64,000 nucleotides of DNA. It comes from a bacterium. GTDB lineage: Bacteria; Bacteroidota; Bacteroidia; CAILMK01; JACPUW01. Positions within the stretch are counted from its first letter, which is position 1. Each line of letters opens with the position of its first letter. Location: NCBI GenBank assembly GCA_016124515.1, contig WGNN01000006.1, positions 5,638-69,637 of the forward strand, read 5' to 3'. The notes beneath the pieces were generated by a model. The model saw only the letters and a program-made list of their open reading frames with translations. It ran no database searches and was not told the origin of the DNA. Made by a program: the position numbers and the translations under genes. Positions 10,325-19,508 of the stretch are shown one piece after another.

Positions 10325-11236
10325 TCAGTTCTTGAATTGAAAATTGGCCGGACTTATATGCCAAAGCAGGCCACGCCATTGGGCTTTGGCCAGGGTAAAT
10401 TTTCCTTTTACGAGCTTCTTTATCAAGTGTAGCGGATTTGCAACCAAAACTAGGTAGGCTATACTAATGAAGCGGGTAAGGCCAACGAAATTTCGCCGAG
10501 CCAACAAAATGCGGTTTCTTGTTTTGTAGTATTCTTTCAACGGACTTTGCTTGCCTACGCTCATGCTTTCTTTGTGGTAAATAAGTGAGTCGTTTTCAAA
10601 CCAAATCTTAAAACCCGCCTTTTGCAATTGCAGGCACCAGTCAAGTTCTTCGTAGTACAAAAAGTAGCCGTCCTCCATGGTTCCGGCCTTTTCTATGGCT
10701 TTTCGCGAAACGGTCATGGCGGCGCCGTGTGCCAAGTGGGTGTAGCCCGATGCGTATTGGCCGCGGTCTTGCTGCCCCCAGCCAATAGCAAAACTGGTGA
10801 GCGTGTATGGATTCAATTGGGTGCTACCCGCATATTGCAAAACACCCGGACTGTGCAAAAACTCAATTTTTGAGGCTACCACCCCCACATCTTCATGACT
10901 TTGAAAAGCATGTACAATGGGTTCGGCAAAATTTGGATGAACCACCGTGTCGTTGTTGAGCAACATAATATACTGCCCTTTGGCCACCGCTATGCCCAGG
11001 TTGTTGCCACCGGCAAAGCCCAGGTTTTCATCGCTGCGAATAACCTGCACTTCGGGAAAGCTTGCATGAATGGCCTCCGCCGGATTCTCTTTTGATGCAT
11101 TGTCAACCACTATTACTTCTATGGCTTCAAAGTGGGCTGCTTTTATTGATTGCAGCATTTCGAGCGTATCGGCGGTACCATTGTAGTTGACGGCAATGAT
11201 AGACAACACCGGATTTTTATGTGCTAATGAAGCCAT
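10325..11236 (-). CDS. Family 2 glycosyltransferase (soluble GT-A)
   Basis: 'LSIIAVNYNG...VIVVDNAS', 'LLNNDTVV'. Confidence 0.85.
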   Translation of the reverse strand: MASLAHKNPVLSIIAVNYNGTADTLEMLQSIKAAHFEAIEVIVVDNASKENPAEAIHASFPEVQVIRSDENLGFAGGNNLGIAVAKGQYIMLLNNDTVVHPNFAEPIVHAFQSHEDVGVVASKIEFLHSPGVLQYAGSTQLNPYTLTSFAIGWGQQDRGQYASGYTHLAHGAAMTVSRKAIEKAGTMEDGYFLYYEELDWCLQLQKAGFKIWFENDSLIYHKESMSVGKQSPLKEYYKTRNRILLARRNFVGLTRFISIAYLVLVANPLHLIKKLVKGKFTLAKAQWRGLLWHISPANFQFKN

Positions 11237-12144
11237 GCGGATAAGTCGCGGTTTAAAATGGTTTGCAAAAGCTCAATATCGTTGCGGTAGATCTCCTTGG
11301 TCATTTGAAGTTTCAGCGCTTTGTCGAGGGGCATTTTCTCCAGGTTTTTGTTGCGCCATTTGTTTACCTGCCTTTTCAGTGCCTCGCTTTCCTTTACGGC
11401 CTTTACCAACTGCGGCGACACTTTGTTGAGTGTTTTTACAACCGCGCTGTTTTGGCCTATCAGGTAGTCGAGTTTTTTGCTTTTTATGCGCCCCGATTTG
11501 TTGAACTCATCCGAGGTTGCAGGCTCAAAATCGGGGTCAACGCCTATGAATTCAAATAAGTCGTGCAACAGTTCTTTGGGCTTGTTGCGCAGGTCTTCGT
11601 ACAGAAATACTTTGATTTGATCCTTTTGAAAAAGCTCGTAATAGCGGCTCAGATAGGTTCCGTAGAAACCCTCGGTAACCAAATCGTTGCGGCGCCACCA
11701 AATGGTTTCTTTGTTGAGCGCATCAGCAAAGCTGCCTTTGGGCTCACGGCTTTCGCGCACCAAGTGCATGTAGCGGCTGTAGAGGCGCTCAACCGGTTGG
11801 CGCAGAATGGCCACCAATTTTACTTCAGGAATTTTATCTTTTATGCGTTTGGGCGCTTCGGGGTGGTACAAATACATGGGCGACACCTCACCTACCGCTT
11901 TGTATCCACTTGCCTCTCTAAACAAATTGAGGTAATCGTCCAGGTTATTTACCGCCCAGGGATAGTGTGCCGTTTGTTCTTCGCTGTCGTCTTGCTGTTT
12001 TATTTCGCTCCCTTCAAGGGCAAAAAAGTTGGTCTCCTTTACTGCACTCATAAATACTTGCGGATGTTGCTTCAGGTATTCGTAGAGCGAGGTAGTGCCC
12101 GATTTGCCGGCACCAATTATGATAAAATCAGGCAATTGCGACAT
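11224..12144 (-). CDS. Sulfotransferase-family protein (PAPS-dependent)
   Basis: 5'-PSB P-loop 'IIIGAGKSGTTSLYEYL' and 3'-PB-like 'ILRQPVERLYSRY'. Start trimmed to 'MSQLPDF'. The Cys/Trp-rich 54-aa N-extension is read-through into the flippase gene. Confidence 0.75.
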   Translation of the reverse strand: MSQLPDFIIIGAGKSGTTSLYEYLKQHPQVFMSAVKETNFFALEGSEIKQQDDSEEQTAHYPWAVNNLDDYLNLFREASGYKAVGEVSPMYLYHPEAPKRIKDKIPEVKLVAILRQPVERLYSRYMHLVRESREPKGSFADALNKETIWWRRNDLVTEGFYGTYLSRYYELFQKDQIKVFLYEDLRNKPKELLHDLFEFIGVDPDFEPATSDEFNKSGRIKSKKLDYLIGQNSAVVKTLNKVSPQLVKAVKESEALKRQVNKWRNKNLEKMPLDKALKLQMTKEIYRNDIELLQTILNRDLSAWLH

Positions 12145-13420
12145 GGTTGTTTCTTTTAAATTTAACTTGATAGCCCAGTCTTGACAACTGCAATTTGAGC
12201 AACAAATAGCCCACCAACACGCCCGCCAACGCATTGAGTACGGTAACGGCAGCCACGGCCACCAGGCTTTGCAACCACCACAGCACCAGCACATCGCCCA
12301 GTACATTGAGCAATACCATGAGCCACACTTTTATGGCATTGAATTTTGGCTTGCCTGTGCTGTCGATAGCTACGCCCAGCAAGCGGTCAATCGGTAGCAA
12401 CATTACATAGACCAAAAACACGCGCAGCACATGGTGGGCCTGTGCCATATTGTTGCCACCGGCGGCTACCACCAGGTATTTTGCAGCAAACAGTGCCAAC
12501 AAGGCAGCAGGCACATACCAGCGAAGCAGGCGACCGATTTGTTGTTGCAGCAAAAGAGCAACCGCGTGGTATTTGCGCATGCCAAAAAGGGCTGATATTT
12601 TAGGAAAAATAACTTGCGCGGTGCTTCTAACAGGAATTTCGGCTATCTCAAGCAACTTGAGCGGCACATTGTAAATAGCCACCGCCTCGGCTCCTATAAA
12701 AGCGGCAATGAGAAAGTTATCTGCGCTCTTGAGCAGGTTGGTGCCCAACAAGGTGGCCACGCTAAACCTGCCGAATTGCCACAGAGCGCTCATTTGCTCC
12801 ACATGTGGCGATAGAATGGCAGTAGTAACTTCTTTGTTGCCCAAAAGTGAAAAAACCGTAGCCAACAACCTGATAGCGCCATGCAAAAGCACCAATTGCC
12901 ACAAACTAAGCGGCCACCACAAAGAGGCAAGTGCTATCAAGGCCAAACTTGCGGCGGGCAATAAATTGAGTGCAGCCATGCGCCCCATGCGGTGAGCAGC
13001 CTGCGACACCCAAATATCGAATTGCGGCACCAAAGAAACTATGGAAACCAATGGATAGCACATAAAAAACAAGGCAATGCCGCCATGATGTCCTTTATAA
13101 AACAGGAAGTAAATCACCAGCAAACCCAAACCTGCAACTACGCTCAATAGCAGCGAGAGGTAAAAGGCTGCGCTTCTGATATGTTTTTGTGTTTCTTCGT
13201 TTTTAGCTGAAGCGGCCAAATGCACCATGCCCTGCCTCACCAAACCGGTGCGCACCATTTCGGCCAGGTTGAAGGCCGTGATATACAACACCCACTCGCC
13301 AAAGGTGGCCAGCGACAAACCGCGCACCAGAATGAAAAAAGTAACGAAACCAAATCCGGCGGTCGCCAGGTTTGACAGCGTTACCAACTGAGTGGGCGAT
13401 ATGTTTTTAGTAATCTTCAC
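12128..13420 (-). CDS. Wzx-type oligosaccharide flippase (polysaccharide biosynthesis protein, MOP superfamily)
   Basis: About 12 predicted TM helices and the typical Wzx N-terminus 'LATAGFGFVTFFILVRGLSLATFGEW'. Confidence 0.8.
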   Translation of the reverse strand: MKITKNISPTQLVTLSNLATAGFGFVTFFILVRGLSLATFGEWVLYITAFNLAEMVRTGLVRQGMVHLAASAKNEETQKHIRSAAFYLSLLLSVVAGLGLLVIYFLFYKGHHGGIALFFMCYPLVSIVSLVPQFDIWVSQAAHRMGRMAALNLLPAASLALIALASLWWPLSLWQLVLLHGAIRLLATVFSLLGNKEVTTAILSPHVEQMSALWQFGRFSVATLLGTNLLKSADNFLIAAFIGAEAVAIYNVPLKLLEIAEIPVRSTAQVIFPKISALFGMRKYHAVALLLQQQIGRLLRWYVPAALLALFAAKYLVVAAGGNNMAQAHHVLRVFLVYVMLLPIDRLLGVAIDSTGKPKFNAIKVWLMVLLNVLGDVLVLWWLQSLVAVAAVTVLNALAGVLVGYLLLKLQLSRLGYQVKFKRNNHVAIA

Positions 13421-14603
13421 TGGTAAGTACCAAGAGGTCTTCTATAACGGTTGAGAATTGCTCGGCACGGTTGGCCCAGCTGTTGTTGGCGGCAAAAGCA
13501 CTGCGTGCGCGCCTTTTTTCCATTGAATCGTTGTTGAGTTCGCGCGCCATGGCCGCGATAAAATCTTCCCTGTTTTCGGCAATACTTATAAACTCATGAA
13601 ACTCGTGCAAAGGGGCAAAATGGGTGCTTACCACCGCCTTGCCCGCCGCCAAATATTCATTTACCTTTAGTGGATATACATTTTTGGTAAATTCATTGGT
13701 AATGAATGGAATAAGCCCCAAATCGACTTCTTTCAGTTCAGCAGCCAACTCCTTGGGTTGTTTGGCTCCTGTAAGCTGCACATTGGCATACTGTCGCTCC
13801 AGGGCATGAGCTCGATCGTCGGTGACACGACCAATGAGCTTGATTTTACAGTTTTCAAAATTCTTTGCCACCGCCTCAAGCAAGTCAAAGTCCAGGCGGT
13901 TGTCAACCGAGCCAATATAGCCTATGGTTTTTTGCGCCGAAATTTCTTCTTTCATGGCTGTAGCAAACAGGTCGTGGTCCACCCCGTTTTTTACCAGAAA
14001 GCAATTGGCATTTACCTTCGATTTGCTTTTGTACAAACCCTCAGAGGTTACCACCACACCTTCCACTTTGTCCATGTAGGCATTTTCAACCGCGGGTCCG
14101 TGCACCTTGCACCAATCGGCAGCGCTTATCTCGTCGTAGCAATAGTAGAGGGTCATGCGCTCGTTGAAATGGTAGAGCAAAGGCAGGCCAAACTGTGGAT
14201 TGAAGGCATTGATAACAATAGGCTCTTGAAAGTGGAGCTGTTGCATGGCCTTGTTTATTTCCTTGCCCACCCGCAGGGCTTGCCTTTCCTGCATTTTGTG
14301 GTAGGCAGCATCAGATTTAATCCAATTGGTAGGCACCACGGGCGGCGGGTACAGGATAAACAGTTCGCCGTTTGGAAACTTTTGCCTGGAGTGCAAACGG
14401 CCATTTTTACCTGATATAAGCTGCTCAAGTTCGGTATTGCCATGCAAGCGCGCGTTGAACAAATCTTTGTAGGTGTAGGCGTAGTTAACATAAAGCACGC
14501 GGTTGTGGCGCGCCAGTTGGGCCATCAGTTGCACTACGGCTTTCATATAATCGCCATCCCAAGTGGGCAGGGCGTGGCATATTATGTCGTGTCCTTGTAT
14601 CAT
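13407..14603 (-). CDS. GT4-like glycosyltransferase (GT-B fold)
   Basis: Start trimmed to 'MIQGHDIICHALPTWDG' (cat at 14601-14603, overlapping the upstream stop). Two Rossmann-like halves; similarity to the GT4 family is weak. Confidence 0.65.
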   Translation of the reverse strand: MIQGHDIICHALPTWDGDYMKAVVQLMAQLARHNRVLYVNYAYTYKDLFNARLHGNTELEQLISGKNGRLHSRQKFPNGELFILYPPPVVPTNWIKSDAAYHKMQERQALRVGKEINKAMQQLHFQEPIVINAFNPQFGLPLLYHFNERMTLYYCYDEISAADWCKVHGPAVENAYMDKVEGVVVTSEGLYKSKSKVNANCFLVKNGVDHDLFATAMKEEISAQKTIGYIGSVDNRLDFDLLEAVAKNFENCKIKLIGRVTDDRAHALERQYANVQLTGAKQPKELAAELKEVDLGLIPFITNEFTKNVYPLKVNEYLAAGKAVVSTHFAPLHEFHEFISIAENREDFIAAMARELNNDSMEKRRARSAFAANNSWANRAEQFSTVIEDLLVLTSEDY

Positions 14604-16639
14604 GCCAGTACGTTTTGTTTTGAAAATTCGAGGCGGGCCATGCGTTTGATAAATCTTTTGATAAAGCTTCGTTTCACAGGCAATTCGCCAATAAGTGTAT
14701 CGAGCCAAAAGGTGCTCATACCATTTATTACCAGTCTGATATTGGTAATGCCTGCCTCTTGCATGAGTTTGAGCATGCGTTTTTGGCCTTGACCCCAACT
14801 TTGGTTGGCCAGCACCACCCATACCACCAAGTCGGCTTTTTCAAGATCTTTTATTGAGAAATCGCCGGTGCGGTGTGCTTTGCTTTCTATCAAATCGGCT
14901 TGCAGGTTGTTGTTGGTTTTTTCCCAATGCTGCTGCATGAGTTGGATGAAATGCGATTTGCCTTCGCATTGGTCTGAACTGATGATGTGTACCTGCGGTT
15001 TGGCTACCCCGCTGAGGGCACTTTCAATAGAAACGCCGGTAAAGTTGACCGCCCGCGCCGTGATTTCGGGGTATTTTTTGACGGTTTTGTTGTTGAGGTT
15101 GGGAATACCGCCTGCCACTTGCAGACCGGTTATATTTTCAGCTCCCTCGGCAGACCGCATGCCGTTGTTTAAAAACTCCGTAAGAAATGCGAAGCCAAGA
15201 ACCAGCATTAGGCCTGCGAGAAAAGCTGTGACGACCAATAATTTTCTTTTTGATGGCAGCGGATCAAGCGGAAGCGAGGGTTCATCAACCACGGTAAGGT
15301 TGGCTTTCATGGCCACACTTTGCTCCTTTATTTTGGCTTGGTTAAGGCCATGCAGTATTTCCAAATATTCGCGTTCGGCCACATTCACTTTTCTTTCAAG
15401 TTTTGAAAGCTGCGAACCCAGCGGGGCAAACTTGTCGTACTTGCGCTCTATTCCTTCCATTTTCACTTCAAACTGCGCCACGCGGGCTTTGGCTTTATCT
15501 ACTTCTATCATGTAGTCCAACCACTCTGAAAGCAAGCGGCTTACGGGCACACCTTCAATAGAATGCGACAAATCATACAGGCCAAAAACCGAGGCTTTTA
15601 TCTTTTTGGTAAGCTCATCAGCTCTTTTTTCAAGGTCGGGAATTGAAGGGTTTTCGGGTTCGCTTACCGAAAGAAAAGTAAGCTTGGTATTGATGGTAGA
15701 AAGCTCCTTTTTGAGCAGGAGTATCTCATCGTTTTGCTCCGATATTTTTTCGCTGATTTTGAGTTTGGCTTCCAACTCATCGCGCGCCGACTCCGCCGCC
15801 CTTTGGGCCATTATTTCCTTGTGGTATTCATCTTCGGCATCTTCTTGCTTTTCGGCTATGTAGCGGGTTTGCTCCTGGTAGTTTATGATGCGGTTTTGCT
15901 CGCGAAAATCCTTTAGCTCCGCCTCGGCAGCACTCAGTCGGTCAAAGGCCAGTTTCAGTTGTTGTTCAAAATATTTTACGGCGTTTCCTGTTTCAGATTG
16001 CTTCAGGTCGCGGTAGCGTTCCAACACGGTTTTGAGGTAGATGACCAAGGTTTTCTGGCATACGCGCGGGTCGTGGGTTTGGTAGGCAATTTCAACCATA
16101 TCGCCCGCCCCTTTGCGTTTCACATCAATTTTGCCAATGGTGCGTATGCTGTAGAAGCTTTCGCTGGTGTGCAGCAGTTTTTTGAAGAAAATACCCGTGG
16201 GCGACTGCACGGAATCGCGCAATGCCTTGGCAATGGAATCGGCATTGGCCAACTGCAAAAAAGGCGCGCGCAGCTCTTCGGGAAACCCGGTTTGAAACTC
16301 TTCCCAATCTTTGGCATTCATGGGGGTTTTGCCTTCTTTGAGCATAACCAAATGGTAGGCAAGCAGGTCTAGCCCCACTTGCTCTATGGTGTTTCTTGAC
16401 TTGGCAATATTGAGAAAGTTGTCGAAGGCACTGTTGACGGCGTAGTTGTCAAAACGCTCATTTCCATCGGACTCTATGTTGTAGCCCGAAGCCAGTCCGG
16501 TATAAATCATAGCGCCCGACTGGTACATTTTCTGTTCGTTTTTGGTAGCAAAAAATACCGTGATCGCAAGCACAACCGGCACCACTGCAAGGGCAATGAT
16601 GTAGCGGTAAACGAGCTTTATGATCTGGTAGAGTTTCAT
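14600..16639 (-). CDS. Polysaccharide chain-length determinant / Wzc-GumC-like copolymerase with a degenerate C-terminal BY-kinase-like domain
   Basis: N-terminal TM, long coiled-coil periplasmic region, second TM. Walker-A-like 'VHIISSDQCEGKSH' and Walker-B-like 'DLVVWVV', but no C-terminal tyrosine cluster. Confidence 0.75.
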   Translation of the reverse strand: MKLYQIIKLVYRYIIALAVVPVVLAITVFFATKNEQKMYQSGAMIYTGLASGYNIESDGNERFDNYAVNSAFDNFLNIAKSRNTIEQVGLDLLAYHLVMLKEGKTPMNAKDWEEFQTGFPEELRAPFLQLANADSIAKALRDSVQSPTGIFFKKLLHTSESFYSIRTIGKIDVKRKGAGDMVEIAYQTHDPRVCQKTLVIYLKTVLERYRDLKQSETGNAVKYFEQQLKLAFDRLSAAEAELKDFREQNRIINYQEQTRYIAEKQEDAEDEYHKEIMAQRAAESARDELEAKLKISEKISEQNDEILLLKKELSTINTKLTFLSVSEPENPSIPDLEKRADELTKKIKASVFGLYDLSHSIEGVPVSRLLSEWLDYMIEVDKAKARVAQFEVKMEGIERKYDKFAPLGSQLSKLERKVNVAEREYLEILHGLNQAKIKEQSVAMKANLTVVDEPSLPLDPLPSKRKLLVVTAFLAGLMLVLGFAFLTEFLNNGMRSAEGAENITGLQVAGGIPNLNNKTVKKYPEITARAVNFTGVSIESALSGVAKPQVHIISSDQCEGKSHFIQLMQQHWEKTNNNLQADLIESKAHRTGDFSIKDLEKADLVVWVVLANQSWGQGQKRMLKLMQEAGITNIRLVINGMSTFWLDTLIGELPVKRSFIKRFIKRMARLEFSKQNVLA

Positions 16640-16643
16640 GCTG

Positions 16644-17405
16644 CTAATAAAGGAATGATTCCAATGATTTGCCTACTATTATTTCCATTTGGTAGTAGAG
16701 GTTTTCGTAGTTGGCCTGTGCCTGCTCAAGCGATACTTCGGCCTTTGATTTTATTGAGGTAATACGCGCCAGCTCGGTGATGTGTATTTCGCCTTGTCTG
16801 AACTCCTTTTCGGCCATTTCGAGTTGTGCGTTGAGGGTATAATAGGTTTCGGTATATACAATCACCAGTTTTTTGGCCAGTTTGAGTTCGGTATAAAGTT
16901 GGGTAATGTATTGGCTGAGCTCCTGCTTGGCTTTGTCGTATTTGAATTCACTCATTTGTTTTTCGGCTTCGGCGCGCTCAATGAGTTGACCGCGGCCAAT
17001 CACATCGAAAAGCGAAAGCCTGGCGGTAACTCCAGCCCGCAACACATTGCCCGCCCCCAGCGACACCGATTCATAGCCGCCGCCATTGCTTGCCACGGTA
17101 AGGGCGTTGTAGTTGTTGGCATAAAAAGTACCCGCGTCGGTAAAAATGCGGTTGGTCCATTCTCTTTTTCTCACGCCCAATTCGGCTTCAAAGCGGGCTA
17201 TTTCCGCCTCGCTCAGTTTCAAAACGGGCGAATATTCCTGGGCAGCTTTTATTAGAGAATCGAGTGGTGGCAATTCGCGCTCGAGCACATCGGGCAATAC
17301 AATGGCACTATCGAGAGTGGCCACCGTATCTACAGGGCCTGCCAAAGCCCCGGCAATGGGGCTTATGAGCAGTAAACCAACCATATAGAAACTTATTTTA
17401 TACAT
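16644..17405 (-). CDS. Half-size TolC-like outer-membrane protein (single OEP repeat, 253 aa)
   Basis: Signal peptide and the TolC/OEP-type helical-repeat motif 'LDSLIKAAQEYSPVLKLSEAEIA'. Only about half the length of a canonical TolC. Confidence 0.55.
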   Translation of the reverse strand: MYKISFYMVGLLLISPIAGALAGPVDTVATLDSAIVLPDVLERELPPLDSLIKAAQEYSPVLKLSEAEIARFEAELGVRKREWTNRIFTDAGTFYANNYNALTVASNGGGYESVSLGAGNVLRAGVTARLSLFDVIGRGQLIERAEAEKQMSEFKYDKAKQELSQYITQLYTELKLAKKLVIVYTETYYTLNAQLEMAEKEFRQGEIHITELARITSIKSKAEVSLEQAQANYENLYYQMEIIVGKSLESFLY

Positions 17406-18561
17406 TTTCTTGCTGTAAAAGTGCGGGAAAAGTTTTGAGAATTATTTTGAGGTCGTACCACAACGAGTAGTTGCGTGCGTATTCATTGTCCATTTCTATG
17501 CGTTCTTCCATGCTCACTTCTTTGCCGCGTTGCAACACCTGCCACAAACCGGTAAGTCCGGCGGGAGCCAAAAAGCGCTCCACATAGCCATCGGCAGTAA
17601 GTTGCTCAGCCTCGTAGAGCGGCAGCGGTCGGTTGCCCACCAACGACATGTGCCCCAGAAATACATTGATAAGTTGCGGCAATTCGTCGATACTGGTATT
17701 GCGCAATATTTTGCCCACTTTGGTAATGCGCGGATCATTTTTAAATTTCATAAACACGCCCCCATTTTGTTGTTCCTGGTAGCGCTTGTATTGGTATTCG
17801 CACACAATATTGCCATCAAGAACCAATTGCGGGCTGCAAGGTTCGCCTTTGGCTTCGCAACGTGGGCAGTGGTGCAGGTCTATTTCTTCAGTTTGCTCGG
17901 CGGCATACATGTTCAAGCCTTTCAGTTGGTCAAGCCTTTTGTCGGCATCGGTGTACATGGTTCTGAACTTGATGAGGTTGAAAATGCGGTAGCCCGAACC
18001 CACGCGTTTTGACAAATAAACCGCCGGCCCTTTGTCTTCAATTTTAATGGCCAACATAACCAAGAGAAACAAGGGTGAAAGCAACAGCAGGGCAAAGCCA
18101 CTTACTACAATATCAAAAATGCGTTTGTCGAGCGGGGTTTTTACCGAACTTACAAAATGGCCGCTGTCTGCAAGTTTTTTTGAGCGCGGCACCGGATTGC
18201 TTTTAATTGAATCTACAAACATTTTTGCCTGGTTTTTAATGTTATAAAACGAACTTCCCTTTACCTTTTTCAGCTCATTTTCAATAGCCTGTGATTTGTT
18301 TTCGAGACCGGAAAGAATAAGCGCCACGTGGTTTCGCTCCAAGTAGCGGCGCATTTTACTTACTATAAATAAAGCCGTGTCAGAACAGTCAGCCACAATG
18401 GTCCTGATATTATTATTACGCACGGCCTTTTTCACTTCGTCAATGGTATGCGGTTGCACAATTTGTAGCTTGTTGGCAAAAGCTGCGCGGAGCAAATGCA
18501 CGGTTTCTACAGATTCGCCAATAAAAATCAGGGGTTTGTTTTGGGCTGTCATGGCTTTCAT
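17398..18561 (-). CDS. Undecaprenyl-phosphate sugar phosphotransferase (Bac_transf family; initiating enzyme) with an N-terminal receiver-like soluble domain
   Basis: Catalytic C-terminus 'IDELPQLINVFLGHMSLVGNRPLPLYEAEQL', 'NDPRITKVG'. Single TM 'IFDIVVSGFALLLLSPLFLLVMLAI'. N-terminal ~130 aa soluble domain. CxxC...C...C insertion. Confidence 0.85.
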   Translation of the reverse strand: MKAMTAQNKPLIFIGESVETVHLLRAAFANKLQIVQPHTIDEVKKAVRNNNIRTIVADCSDTALFIVSKMRRYLERNHVALILSGLENKSQAIENELKKVKGSSFYNIKNQAKMFVDSIKSNPVPRSKKLADSGHFVSSVKTPLDKRIFDIVVSGFALLLLSPLFLLVMLAIKIEDKGPAVYLSKRVGSGYRIFNLIKFRTMYTDADKRLDQLKGLNMYAAEQTEEIDLHHCPRCEAKGEPCSPQLVLDGNIVCEYQYKRYQEQQNGGVFMKFKNDPRITKVGKILRNTSIDELPQLINVFLGHMSLVGNRPLPLYEAEQLTADGYVERFLAPAGLTGLWQVLQRGKEVSMEERIEMDNEYARNYSLWYDLKIILKTFPALLQQENV

Positions 18562-18570
18562 TTTTAGGGA

Positions 18571-18951
18571 TTAGTTGAGCATTGAAGCGCTTATCCGCTC
18601 TATTTTCATATCGAGTTCCATAGGATTGAAAGGCTTGTTGAGCACATCTACCGCGCCCAGGGTGTAGGCTTTTATGCGGTTTTCGCTTTTGCTGGCTGAG
18701 GACAGGATGAGCACCGGAACCTTGGCCGCCGGGGTGGATGCCAGGTGGTTGAGAAAGTCGTAGCCATTCATGCGTGGCATGTCCAAATCGGCAATAATCA
18801 ACTTTGGCAACTCGTTGTTGGCCAACCACTCAAGGGCTTCCACACCATCGCCTACCATAGCTACTTTGTACTTGCGCGACAGAAAAGTTGACAGAAACTT
18901 TCTCATCATCTCGTGGTCGTCAACTATCAGTATTTCTTCTTTCTTATTCAT
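18571..18951 (-). CDS. Single-domain response regulator (CheY-like)
   Basis: 'ILIVDDHEMMRKFL...LIIADLDMPRMNGYDF...KPFNPMEL'. Start trimmed to 'MNKKEEILIVDD' (cat at 18949-18951). Lies 10 bp upstream of the sugar transferase gene. Confidence 0.8.
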   Translation of the reverse strand: MNKKEEILIVDDHEMMRKFLSTFLSRKYKVAMVGDGVEALEWLANNELPKLIIADLDMPRMNGYDFLNHLASTPAAKVPVLILSSASKSENRIKAYTLGAVDVLNKPFNPMELDMKIERISASMLN

Positions 18952-19400
18952 GGTTTCAATAATTTGATGATTCAAAACTAAAAAGCACCATAGGGCGGCT
19001 TGCGATTGTTCGGTGTTTGGTAGCAAACACTCGGTTTTTGGTGTTGCTTCGGGTCTTATTGGTTTTACCGTCAATCATTACCTGCCTACTTTGCCGATTC
19101 AATATTAGAATGGGTTCATGGGCCTGTAAAACCATTCACCGAAACTGAATCTATGTTGGGCCGGGCCGTGAACAGCCTGAGCAAAAACGTGGCTTATTGC
19201 TGTTTTTCAATCCTTTAGCAGGATCAATAACAGATAATTATCAGTTTGGTGGTTTTTGTGGCGCCGCTGTATTTCTGTCTATTGTTTGCGCAAAGGCATA
19301 CACGCAATTGCTTTCCATTTGTTTTTCAATATGTTAGCTCATCAGAAATGTGCTTCCTGATGTTTTTTCGACTAATTGTAGGGAAGGTTTATTTCATAAA

Positions 19401-19437
19401 AAAAGCCGCAGGGTCTCCCAAACCTGCGGCTTTTGCA
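19401..19437 (-). terminator. Rho-independent terminator for the 19509..19886 receiver gene. It could work in both directions.
   Basis: A-run, then 'gccgcagg', an 11-nt loop, 'cctgcggc', then 'tttt'. A perfect 8-bp GC-rich stem with a T-run on the minus strand and an A-run on the plus strand. Confidence 0.6.
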
Positions 19438-19508
19438 CCTGTTGCGTGCATGCAAGAAACGTTCACCTATTTTGCTATACTACTACTTATCGCTTTCATC
19501 AACACAAT

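Noticed and set aside
12145-12306. Cys/Trp-rich 54-aa N-terminal extension 'MYWAMCWCCGGCKAWWPW...' of the sulfotransferase ORF, considered as a possible Cys-rich peptide or leader.
   Set aside because: It lies entirely inside the 3' end of the Wzx flippase gene in another frame. The sulfotransferase has a proper start at 'MSQLPDF' with ATG overlap, so the extension is read-through of the ORF finder.
14600-16639. Functional BY-tyrosine kinase (Wzc)
   Set aside because: The Walker A-like and B-like motifs are degenerate ('QCEGKSH', 'DLVVWVV') and the C-terminus has no tyrosine cluster. It is called only a chain-length determinant with a degenerate kinase-like domain.
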